DNA of 64,000 bases, from positions 1,550,001 through 1,614,000 of the forward strand of contig CP089278.1 of the NCBI GenBank assembly GCA_023920165.1, in the 5' to 3' direction. The stretch comes from Curvularia clavata (lineage: Eukaryota). This document shows positions 1 through 11,278 of this stretch, piece by piece; position 1 is the stretch's first letter; every line of letters begins with the position of its first letter. Below the pieces are notes generated by a model that ran no database searches, was not told the DNA's origin, and saw only the letters and a list, made by a program, of their open reading frames with translations. The translations under genes were made by a program, and so were the position numbers.

Positions 1-887
1 CTCCCGCCTTGTCGCCTGCCTCCCTCAGCTCCCACGAGGAGGAAGGGGGCGGAAACTAGAGCAGTCGCGGTATGTATGAGTCAAAAAAAGTAAGTAAAAG
101 GGGGTCCATGGACGCCACGAGGCCCAAAGTCAGGCCACAGTGCATGGACTCGTGAGCGACAAGTCCGGGATGGGCTGTTTTGAGACAGGAACGTGGTCGA
201 GTTCCGATATCGCTGCTTTCGACCCTTTTTGGGGGGGAGGCTGGGGGCCTTGTATAGCTGGTATTGAGTGGAGGAAGGTGCATGCAAGGTAGACTTGCTG
301 GGGCAGTATCATGGGAAGCAAGTGGATTAACAGGAATTAGAAGTATGTCTGGTACCAACGATGGACATCCCTCTGGGATGGATATACGTTTGAAAAGGGG
401 TAATAGGATAGAAAGAGATACGGAAAATCCCGCACTATCCTAGCTTTCAGAGATTTCTGTCACCCCCGGCAAGTCTTGCCAGAATTGATGGACATGGACA
501 GGAACATGATGTTATGTAGATACTCAAGGGATAAAAGATGATAGAGTGACAGCAACGAGGTGGTTTGATTAGTACTTTCCTACAGATCAAGGGAATGGAC
601 GAGGCTTCATGTTTTCAAAATGGGATGGACATGATCTACTCGGATAGTCATGTGTGTCTCGTCAATCACGAGATTCTTGCAATCTCACTTAGTCTTTTCA
701 AATTCCTGTAATCAGTTTCTCGTACGTAGAGTTCGTTAGAACACCACGCTGAACATCAGAAGCGTGAGTATATCCATGCAGCAAGAGTTGAGACAACTTG
801 ACAATTCACGCTCCAAAAACGGCCGCCGAGAGCACTAATCCTGTACTCTGTATGGTTTTCACACACTTCAAACACATCCAACAGAAT

Positions 888-3496
888 CTACAGCTTCACT
901 TCTCTCACACCCTCAACCTCAACATCAACAACCTCATCCACATGCCCCGCGCTCTGCGCAAAAGAAAACCCATACTGCGCCCTATCCACCACCCACTTCT
1001 TCCCATTCTCATCGAAATACGCAAAGTCCTTATCTTTACAGGTCAACTCAACCCGCTTGTGTTCTCCCGGCTGCAAAACGATCTTTTGGAACGCTGCAAG
1101 CGTCTTAACCGGGTGCTCCGGCGCCCGTTCTTTCCTACCAACGTACAACTGTACAACGGTAGCTCCGGCCATGCGCCCTGTATTCTTAACGGTTGCAGTG
1201 GCGTAGAAGACACCAGACGAAGGCTGAGCGACCGCCGCATCCTTAATGCAGAAAGTAGTGTACGAAAGACCGAAGCCAAAAGGGAAATGTATCTTTTCCT
1301 TCGCAATTCGATCATAGTGTCTGTATCCTACGAAAACACCCTCTTCGTACTTGACAGTCAACTGTCCTGACTCGTCTCTTTCGCCAGGGAAATTGCCGTG
1401 CGCGGGAGCGTCCTCGATGTGTTTGGGCCAGGAGATGGGTAAGTGGCCAGAAGGATTGACGGCACCAGTGAGAATATCAGCAATGGCGTTGCCAGCTTCT
1501 TGACCCGGGAACCAGGCCTGGACAAAGGCAGCGATTTTGTCGAGCCAAGGGAGAGCGATGGCTACACCGGTGGAATTTACGACGATGGTGTTGGTGTTCA
1601 CAGAGGCGACGGCTTCGATGAGCTTGTCTTGTGTGCCGTCGCGAGGGAGATGGAAGCTGGCTTGGTCTTGGCCTTCGGTTTCCCAGACGGGTGTGTGCCC
1701 GGTGAAGACGATGGCGAAGTCGCAGTCTTTTGCGACGTTTTTGGCGTCGGCGGCTAGGTCCATGTCGTGTTCTTCTTCGTACATGAAGCCTAGTCTGAAG
1801 CCTGGTAGATCGTCGAGGATACCTGCGTCAGCGTTATTGCCTGAAGGCGGGTTTGAGACGATCTCGATCTGGTACGGTGTGCCTTTTGTAAACGGTACAC
1901 GGAACTCTTTCTCAGGGTTACCGCCGAAAAGGAAGCCCATGGCATCGGGAGAGTTGTGCTTCTGCTCGTAGACAACTTCCCCGTTGATACGGACTACTGT
2001 TGGTCCAATACCTGAACATCCAAGGTAATGTGAGCCTGACTCGGTAGGGGTAAAGGTTGCTTTGAATATGACTTCGCTGTGCTTGGCCTGGTGCTCCAGC
2101 AGAGGAGAGAATGCGGCTTCTTTGTTACCGTTGGTGGTCTTGATTGGCTTCAATTTGTTGTTCCTATCGAAGAGCTGCATGGTCCAGCCATCGTTTCCCT
2201 CGAGGTCTTTACAGCCCTTGGACAGAGGGGGAATGAGACGGTACGTCGATGCGCCCTTGGCAAATCTGAACTCCACTTTGTCGCCATATGCAGCCTTAAG
2301 ACCTTCTTCAGGAGTGATGCGATAGTGAGCATTCAAAGACGCACTTCCTCCACCATGGATCAGAGCTTCTTTGGCTAGTCCAAAAAGACCAATTGTTTTG
2401 CCTTTGGCTTGCTCTTTCGTAAGAGGTAAGACACCATTGTTCTTCAGTAGTGTGATTCCCTGCCCGGCCACGTCGCGGATAAGCTTGCAGTGCTTGGGGT
2501 CGACGACCGACCTCTCCGGTGGTATCTCAGGGTTCTCAAACGCACCAACCTTCTCGATCAATTTCAATACATTGCGAGCTCGCTCTGTGATAGTAGACTC
2601 CGTGACTTGACCTCTATGGATAGCCTCCATGACTGCTTCAATGCTACGCCATCGTGTTGGTCCTGGCATTTCAAGATCTAGTCCGGCATTCAGGGAGGCG
2701 GCTGTAGAGTTGGTACCGCCCCAGTCGCTCATAACGAGGCCGTCCCAGCCCCATTCGCCACGCAGAACTTGCTTTAGTAAAAACTCGTTCGAGTCTGCAT
2801 GTGTTCCGTTGATCTTATTGTACGAGGTCATGACGGCGAGGGGATTGGCCTCTTTGACTGTGATTTCAAAAGGCTTCATGTAGATTTCTCTCAACGCACG
2901 CTCTGAGACAATCTCATTGACTCGAAGACGATCCGTCTCTTGCTCATTGGCTGCAAAGTGCTTGATCGTTGCCGCGATACCTTTCTCCTGTAGTCCATTG
3001 ACGACGTGGGCAGCCATTTTACCGGCGAGATATGGATCCTCGGAGAAAGACTCAAAGTTACGGCCTCCGAGTGGATGTCGGTGGTTGCACATGGTGGGTG
3101 CAAGGCTATGTCAGGATCATTAGCAACAGCCTTACGCCGTCTAGGCATACATACAGAACTCTCGCACTCTTAGTTTTTGTTTCCTCTGCCAAGGCATGAC
3201 CAATTCGCGTGCCATTTGCCGGATCCCATGTTGCTGCCGCGCATACTGCGGCAGGGAAACAGGCTGCTCTTGTTCCGCCCGTGAACACGCCACCTCTGGC
3301 TCCATTGGGGCCATCTGAAGTCTTCTAATTGTCAGACGCGATGTTTGTTCATCACTACAATTAGATGTCATACCTTGATGGCAGGAACGCCCTTTTCTGG
3401 GATTGGAACTGTTTCCCAAAAGTCCTTACCAGCAAGGAGGGAAATCTTCTCCTCCAGTGTTAGCGACTGGAGGACAGACTCAACTTTCGAGCTCAT
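888..3496 (-). CDS. GH3 beta-glucosidase, intracellular type with a PA14-like insertion; 3 exons
   Basis: Begins MSSKVESVLQSLTLEEKISLLAGKDFWET at ATG 3496. Introns ~3373-3325 (tandem TAG/AAG acceptor) and 3154-3106. GH3 motifs TSDGPNGARG, GGRNFESFSEDP, KHFAANEQE and nucleophile VMSDWGG, plus C-terminal FnIII-like FPFGFGLSYTTF. No signal peptide. Confidence 0.95.
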
Positions 3497-4391
3497 AGCT
3501 GTAGTCGCACAGTAAAATCAGATAGCAATCAAAGCTAGCTTCTAAAAAAAAGACGGACAACAAAGTGACCCAAAGTCTATGTTCTATTGGCAGCCGAGGT
3601 TAAAGAAATGCCAATAGTGAATATCACCGTTCTTCCACATGTATTTCTCAAAGCGCAACCCTAATACTCTTATGTACTCGAGTACCTCCGGCCGATCTCA
3701 TTCTTTCGGGGACACTGTCCGTCTTCCCGATAAGCCATTGTCGTCGACCCCATGTATCTCCTCATAACACAATAGTGTGGAGAAAGCATTAGTCCTTACC
3801 ATTGGTTGAGTTGGCAAAACCCGCCGTGTCGGGCACTCTTAAGTGTCCCGAAGTTTTGCCATCCGGCCAGCCTGATTCGTCCCCTCGGGCAAAGCCAGCT
3901 CAATACTCGGCGTCCTCCAGAATGGGGGATCAGCCGAGGATCAGCCTTCCAGACGGTAAAATTCGCTAGGTACCCACCTCCCCGGGCCAGATGACACGAG
4001 ACGGGGAGTGCGGAATAGTGCATCAGCCTGTTTAAAGAAAAAAGGGAGCACGAGCGCCGGAAACCACGTAAACGGAAAGTCGAAAAAAAAAGAGCGGAAC
4101 GTTGGGTTGATGTGCTTACTCAGGTGGACGGAAGCGGCACTCTCCCGAGGCTCAAATCCGTATAACGGTGGGACCCCACGTGTGCTCTGTTTGGCTGCCA
4201 GCTTTTGCCCTAACGGAAACTCTCGTTATCCACAACAATACGTCATGTTGTGTATACGCTAATATTCCTATTTTCCACGCGTATAGCTTTGTGCAGAATC
4301 TGGTCTTTCTGGTGTCGCATCTTTGAAGAGAGATAACTCATTATTTGTCCGAGTCGACTTATATCCTGTTTCACGTTCGCGTAGTACAAGC

Positions 4392-5623
4392 ATGGCGCTC
4401 CCTCCACCCAAGAAAGCTTCTGAGATTGCGCCCACGTCCAGCCGGCGACATCCGCTGCAGCGATTTGACTCACCGTCCAAAGGGTTTTCGGGCGCTTTGC
4501 ACGTGAGTAATAGAATGATGGGAGCTTGATGGAATGCAATGTGCAATAGGCTGATCAGCTGCGTTGCAGGTTGTTGGTCTGATAAGCTTCTACCTATCGT
4601 TCAAATTGTATGTGGTTGTGAAAGCTCTCTTTACCACTTTACACTGTACCAAAAAAGAGAGAAAAACATGCACTAATACATCGTAGTCTGGCCGATAACC
4701 CAAATGTCTTTGTATGTGCCCAAGAGTTCGCGTGAAGGTGGAAAACACATCTCTATTCTAACCAAGACTGCTAGAACGAGGCATTCGGCTGGCACCTCCA
4801 GTTCCTGACCATCATCGGCCTTTCCATCTCGACACTGACCTTCATCGTCGCCCTCGTAGCCGATCTGACGTCTACAGCCCTGGATCAGTCCCCTGAGATG
4901 CCGTCCAGCCCGCCCGCTGCGGCCTTTTCCTCACATCTTTTTAGATTGAAGAACTACCTGTCGCTGGTCGCAGCACCGATGGAAATCACCATTTCAGTGC
5001 TATACTGGACGTTAAAAGCTATTGATGGAAAGTTGCTTGTAAGCGAGTATGTATAGCTCATCCTACTGATTACTTGTTGCATTACTGTTACTGTGGTTGT
5101 TGTCATAAAACATAGTGGTGTTCGCAAGAAAGGAATGGGATCTGACATGAGACTCACAGAGAGATACCACTACCGCCTGTGTTCTACGACATTGGATTTC
5201 ACCTCGTGCCGGCTGTAGTGCTTAGCATGGACTCGCTTTTGCTCTCACCGCCCTGGCCTACGACACCCATGAACGAATCCGCGCCCATGATTACGCTTGC
5301 CCTCTCCACCATTGTTGCTTTTGCCTACTGGGTCTGGATTGTCAGTCTTACACCTCTCGTTGCCTTTCATTCGCTGTCCAGTTCTTCTAACGATTGCCTA
5401 GGAAATCTGTTACTCCCAGAACGGCTTTTACCCTTATCCAATTTTTGAGCTCCTCAGTACAAGTCAGCGTGTTGGCTTGTTTGTAGTAAGCGGGGTCATC
5501 ATGTGGGTTGTTGGCGGTGCTTTGAGAGTGGCATATGCCAGAATTAACGGGTATGAGAGTGTTGAGCATCTGGACAAGGTGAGGAGAAACAGAGCTATGG
5601 GAGAAAGTGGAAAGTGGGAGTAG
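4392..5623 (+). CDS. FAR-17a/AIG1/ADTRP-like integral membrane protein; 6 exons
   Basis: Manual splice: exons 4392-4502, 4570-4607, 4687-4711, 4775-5046, 5160-5340, 5402-5623 give one frame. It reads RHPLQRFDSPS...AFGWHLQFLTIIGL...APMEITISVLYW...DIGFHLVPAV...NGFYPYPIF. All introns are GT-AG. Confidence 0.88.
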
Positions 5624-6236
5624 AGCCTGAGAAGAACATTGAATATCGAGGAATGATTAAGACGAAGACAACAAGTAGCTGAAGTATGGAAATGGGAAAA
5701 GAAACAGGATTTGCAAGAGTCGGGCGAGTGCTGGCATGCAAATGACAGAGAATGGCTAAGAGAGAACAAATGGCTGTAGACATTAGATTAGAAGTAGTCT
5801 CAGGATGCGAGGCATGTACCTGATATGCAGTCATATCTCAAACAGTACGCCGAAACACAGCAGAGCAGTCATTATCGCAGCTACTCGATTAACGATGGTT
5901 ACACAAAAGCAGCGATATAGTACATGCCCACCGGTTTCTTATCAGCAACCCATGCTTGAGAAGGAAACTGAACAGTAGATAACAGCGTAGAAATGAGAAA
6001 GAACATGCCTGAGTGTCTGTCCAGCGATCTTAGCAGCCTGTCCCTCTCCAGAAACATCATACTCGATGGTATGTAATGCGATTAGCCTTGGAAATAAATC
6101 GGATGATATCATGCAATAGCGAAGCACTGGAATCCGTGAAGAGAAGACACTATAAGCGTGGGTTTTGAACGTAGCAAAATGCTGATGCCGAGCTGTATGT
6201 AACGCACTGTCAGTGTGCGATGTGTAAAGTCATCGT

Positions 6237-7729
6237 TTAGCTAGTGGACGGAGAAGGCGGGGCAGTGATGGTGCGTTGGTCATCATTGGCGTCCTGATCA
6301 TGTTGCGGATAGCCATGAGGTGCACTGTACAAGTGGGTAGTGTATTGGAGGCCCTGAGGATCAAGGCCTAGGCCATAGGCGTAAGGAGGGTACTGGTAAC
6401 CAGCACTCTGGTGGCTATGGAGACTGCCATAAGCTGCTGGGTGGAACGCAGAGAGAATGTTTTCCTTGTTGTTAAATTGAAACTCATCATTGAAAGGCTT
6501 GTAAGAGTTGAAAGGGGCCATTGGACTCGGAGAAGGCTGATGTGTGAAAGCAGAGGTAAGATAGGTCATGCTGCTAGGCTGTGAGAATGAAGCAGCGTTT
6601 TCGTCCTTGAAGATATCAAGACACTTTCGCTTTGACTTGCGGGTTCGATTATTGTTACGGCTGTCATCTTCGTCATACTGGTTGCGATTGAGAAAGGGGA
6701 ATTCTGGTTGGGCTACTTGTCTGGTCCAACGAGAGGTGTTGACATTAAGGCTTGCAAGAGCAGGACGCCTGCGCGTCGGGGGAGAGCTCTCAGATTTGAT
6801 ATCAATCTCATCCTCGTCAGACTCGGAGCATGAGATTCTTCGTTGTCGCTTAAATGTTCCCATAGGAGTGAAGATGAGCTCGGTGGCCTCGACATCCAAG
6901 GAGTTGAGCTCCAGCTGCGCGACGACAGAGCTGTCTTTCTTTTGATTTCTCTTGCGCCGCATCTCTGGGGTAGCAGAGTCAAACAGGTCCATCCCAGGCC
7001 AGTACACACCCTTGAGCCTAGTCGACTCACTGACAGCCATTGGATCTGCTATATGAGCAGGGTCGTCCTCAATCGCACACGAAGCCGCAGCATATTGGTA
7101 TGCAAGACGCCTCTCACTTGGGTCCGAATACTCACTCGATGTCTCATAGTCGGGCTTGGTGTAGCTCAGGGAGCTATCGCGCGAATCTGTGGACCAGTAT
7201 TGCATGCGGGGTGCGAATGTGTTGCGGTTCCGGAGGACGGGACCTATGGATTGTGAGAGGGGCGAGGGAGACTGTTCCATTTTTATCTTCATATGCTGTT
7301 CCTGTTGCTGCTGCTCTGCGAGACGAGGATCGATGAAGTTGCCGGCGGTAGCACGACAAACGGGACGTGACAAAGCACCTTGTGCCTTGGGCGCTGAAGT
7401 GGGACGAGCTAGATGGCAGTGAAGTTAGCAACTGCGTCGTGCCTTGTTCCGCAGACGGGATGGGCAGTACCGGCTGGCCTTGGCCGAGTGCGGCGCTTGT
7501 CCTTTTGATTCATCCGCTCTGACATGAGTTCCTCGACAGACCATTCAGCATACCAACGGTCGTAGGCCTCGATGAGCTGACGAGAGGCTTCTTCATTGGT
7601 GGAGCGGACTTTGATCTTGTAATAGTTGGATAAATGGCCCTTGCTGGCAATGTGAGTGAGTAGATGCGAGACATCGCTGAAGTTTGGCTTCTTGGGGCAG
7701 ATGTTGCAGTGAAGCGGTATGGTGGCCAT
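6237..7729 (-). CDS. Fungal hypothetical protein with an N-terminal U1/matrin-like C2H2 zinc finger; 2 exons
   Basis: Begins MATIPLHCNICPKKPNFSDVSHLLTHIASKGH. Intron ~7470-7409 (GTACTG...GCTAAC...TAG) joins the 378-aa ORF, which has block LKGVYWPGMDLFDSATPEMRRKRNQKKD. Confidence 0.85.
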
Positions 7730-8301
7730 GACGGAGGACTGTGGAGGTTGCAGTCGGACGAAGCGAAGCCGCAGGGCGGGTGCTGAGGAATGTAAGGAGC
7801 GTAAGTAGAACAGGCACAAGTGCAGCACGATGTTGAATGCAGAATGTTGCGAAAGGAGCGGCTAGCCGTGACGAAGACGAAGTGGCAGTGGAGGTGGTGC
7901 TCATGAGAGATTCAACGCAGAGATAGCTGCCGGTAGTTGCGGCAGCCCCAGCCCATTGCTCGAGGGGAAGCAAGAGATGAGACGAAAGCACTGGCGGGCA
8001 GAAGACAGAGGAAGGCACACAGTGGACGAGAGTCATGAGCAGGTGTGTTGGTGTTGTTCTAGCAGGCAGAGCACGTGGAGAGGCTCGGCACTGACACAAG
8101 AGGCAGCCACCGTTGGTCTCCTCCCGCTTTGTGTCTCAGCGTCTACAGAGAAGACGTGAGGTATTAGATAGCGGGAGGGCAGTCATGGTCTAGAGATGCA
8201 AGCCGCCACGCAACGGCTGGGTGTATCAATGACAGGCAACATGCAGTGAGTGCAAGCATGTATTTGTGCAGAGCGGAAGGAGTCTACTACGGCATTCTTG
8301 A

Positions 8302-9551
8302 TCACTTACCTAAGCATCTACGGGTCACAGATCGAGGCATGCAACTGTCCATGGTCAGTCTCCATCTATCTACAGCATGCGAGTGCGAGCACATACTAGA
8401 CGGGATCTACCTCTTCCAGGCCTGGGTACTTGAGAAGACTGAGGCCGGCAACGCCAAACACAGTGTGGAAGACGTCAACCATATCGCCCGGCCGGTCTGC
8501 AAGACCGCCCAGCTCGGGATCCTACAGACATGAGATGAGAGCCCTAGGCACACCAGACGAATACATACCTGACACTGCAAGATGAACTGCGTCAACTTGG
8601 GGCCGTCTATCCAATGCAGCTTGTCCAGCATGGCCATGCTGCTCATGACCCACCAGCTGTAGCAGACGTCTTCCTTCTTCTCTGGCCGGCCGTTGAGGCC
8701 TCCGTTCTTGAGCTGTCGTTCGCTCAGCCACGCGCCCAGCTTTTCGCCGTCTACCAGGTCGAGTCTCCCCGCGATGGTCAGTGCGCCGACACACGTGAAC
8801 ACCTGACCGGCGTGAGATTCGGCGCCAGGGCTGGTCCCGTAGCCGCCGTCAAAGTTTGCGCACGAGTGCACGTATTGAGTCGCCTTTGCGACATCGACCA
8901 GGTCGAGCAGGCCCATGAGCGACAGGGCATTGAGGGCGCCATAGAGGAAGCGAGTGTCGTGCTCCCCCCACTCGTCGCCGGCAAACGTGCCGGTACTTTG
9001 ATCCTGCAAGTTTGCAATGACTAGACACGGCATGAGCGCGACTGTTTGCAGCTTTGGCGAACGACTACCAGCGGCATGCGGCCAACTTACACTGTCCGAC
9101 CTTGCGGCGGCCACCCTGGATGCGCTCATCGAGCTCGGCAAAGGCGTCGAGTGTGGCTATGATCTGGACGGCGCTAACGGTATACAGCATGTGGGCATCG
9201 TGGCCCGGGGCAGCACCGAAACCGCCATTTGGGTGCAGGCAGGAGAAGACAAAGTCCAGAATGCCAGGCCTGGGAAGGGCATTGGGATGGCCGAGCAGGT
9301 GCAGGGCTGTCAGCCCCCAGTAGAGGCCGTTGAGGCGCAGATGTTCGGTGAGCCAGTACTCGAGCTCGTCTTTGCGCTGGAGCGGGTCAGCGCGGGATTG
9401 CAAGTGCGGGAGCTTGCGCGGCCAGGCAGGAGCAGCTCGTACGCACAGTGTCGAGACTCTGGATGTAGCGGACGTGCTTGTCGACAAAGAGATGCATTTC
9501 GGCTGGCATGTGGGAGGTGGCAGCGCGCCCGGGCCCAGAAACAAGAGACAT
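8302..9551 (-). CDS. BET2: Rab geranylgeranyltransferase (type II) beta subunit; 5 exons
   Basis: Exons 9551-9447, 9376-9091, 9020-8569, 8521-8397, 8344-8302. Motifs [47 protein letters not shown] and VDPVYCMP. Confidence 0.95.
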
Positions 9552-11278
9552 GTCTGGTGTGGGCGGTAGCAGTGGAGGGAGGGAGGGATCTAGGGCTTGG
9601 GCGACGGATTGCGTGTCGGACGACAGGGAATGGGCCTGAGGCAGCTCGGGGCCGGCGAGTCGAGTCTGAGGATGTCTGAAACTCGGCCTTGGCGGCGAGC
9701 CCATGGATTCACGGCTGACATGGAACTGGATACGGTCGTGGTGAATGGAGCGGTTGCCCCGCCAGCCTGCACCGTCGAGGCGCCGTGCCGGGCCTCTGTA
9801 GGGAGAGGGCCCCAAGGAGCAGGAGAGGGCAGCTCTGCACAACAGCATCACGACGGCCATGACATGTTTGCAAGCCCGGCAGCGTGCCGCTCACCGCCAG
9901 TGCAGCCGTCGTGGACACCCGTTTGCGCACAATAGCGTCTGTCTGGCCGAGTTGGGGGGTTTTAGCAGCGTCGCGCGCCCTCGTACCTGGGGCCGTGCGC
10001 ACGACTCGTCGTTTGGCTGCCGCCGGAGCCCTCTGCAGGCCATTGTCAGTCTCCCTCTGTCGCAGCGCAGCATCACAGCAGCAACCACCACCACCACCAC
10101 TACTACCGCCAGCGCAGCCCAGCGCACACACAAGACGACCGTCGCTCCCGCCATCACCGCCGCCTGCGCGCCCATGAGCCCGGCGCCCACCGTCTGCCGC
10201 CGCCGCCGCCCACCGCTGTCTGGTCCTTTTTCCTGCCCCTTCTACTGAGCACCCCCCTCCCTCCGCCGTGTCCACCGCCCGGACACCTAGGCGGTAGCCA
10301 GGAACGCACGCGTGCTGAGCCCCAAAATAGCTCCACTCTCCCCCATTCACTCTCTGCCTGTGAACCCGCGCTGCCCACAGAGGGGTCGTCTGGCCGTGTC
10401 CTTGTCTCCTGCTAGCGACTCCAGACAAGCGTCTCCCCCTGTCTGGGCGTGCATGTGCCTGTGTCTTGTGTGTACATGTGTGTGAGCGTGGGTAAGTCGA
10501 CCGCTGCCTCGGACACGCCCTGGACCCAATGTTGTACAACAGTCGCCATAGCGTCTGCCCCTTTGCCCTTCCATACGCTTGCTGACTGTGTCCCAGACGC
10601 TGCATGACCGCCTTGCTGTCCTCGACCACCCAACTCGACCTCCCTAAGGGGAAGCTGCCAGAAACAACCGGGCCACCAAGCGCCTGCCCAATAATCGAGC
10701 CCACCCGCTCCCTAATCCACCCCTTCGTATCTCCCGCCCTGCCCTATGGACAAGACGCCCTGCTGTCGGTGAGATATATCCAACCACACCGCACAATCCC
10801 ACGCCTCCACACACGCCCCCAGCCAGCCAAGCTCGATTGGGGCACACAACGATTCTTGTACGGTTTGTACTACCCCGCCGCCCTCTTCCCAACTACCGTA
10901 CCTGTCCTTCGCTCTTGCATGCCACGATTGAGCCCGCCGCTGACAGCCATGGGCAAACACAGGCTCTTTGACTGCCCAAACACACATGTGCCGCCCCTAA
11001 TAAAACAAAGCCGCCACCGATACTACCGCCGTTACTGCTACTGCAACTAATTCCCATACCACCTCTATACGCACCCACGTCGCTTGTTCGCACATTCGCT
11101 TGACTGCTCACACGCCGACCCTCTCTCCCCCCCTCCTCTGAAACGTCCATCGAGACAATTCGGCCCTCTCAGCTTGCACGACTGGCGTGCGGATTCACCT
11201 AAGCATTGTTATCCACAGAGTGCTGTGTTACGCAGCACATAGCCTTGGAAACCCGTCTCTAGGGACGCATTAGCCAAG

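Noticed and set aside
1..360. Short ORFs and a possible exon end at the window edge
   Set aside because: No recognisable product, and the context is truncated.
9709..11050. 331-aa minus ORF and overlapping GC-rich ORFs
   Set aside because: Low-complexity Arg/Gly/Ala translations of a GC-rich leader with no domain.
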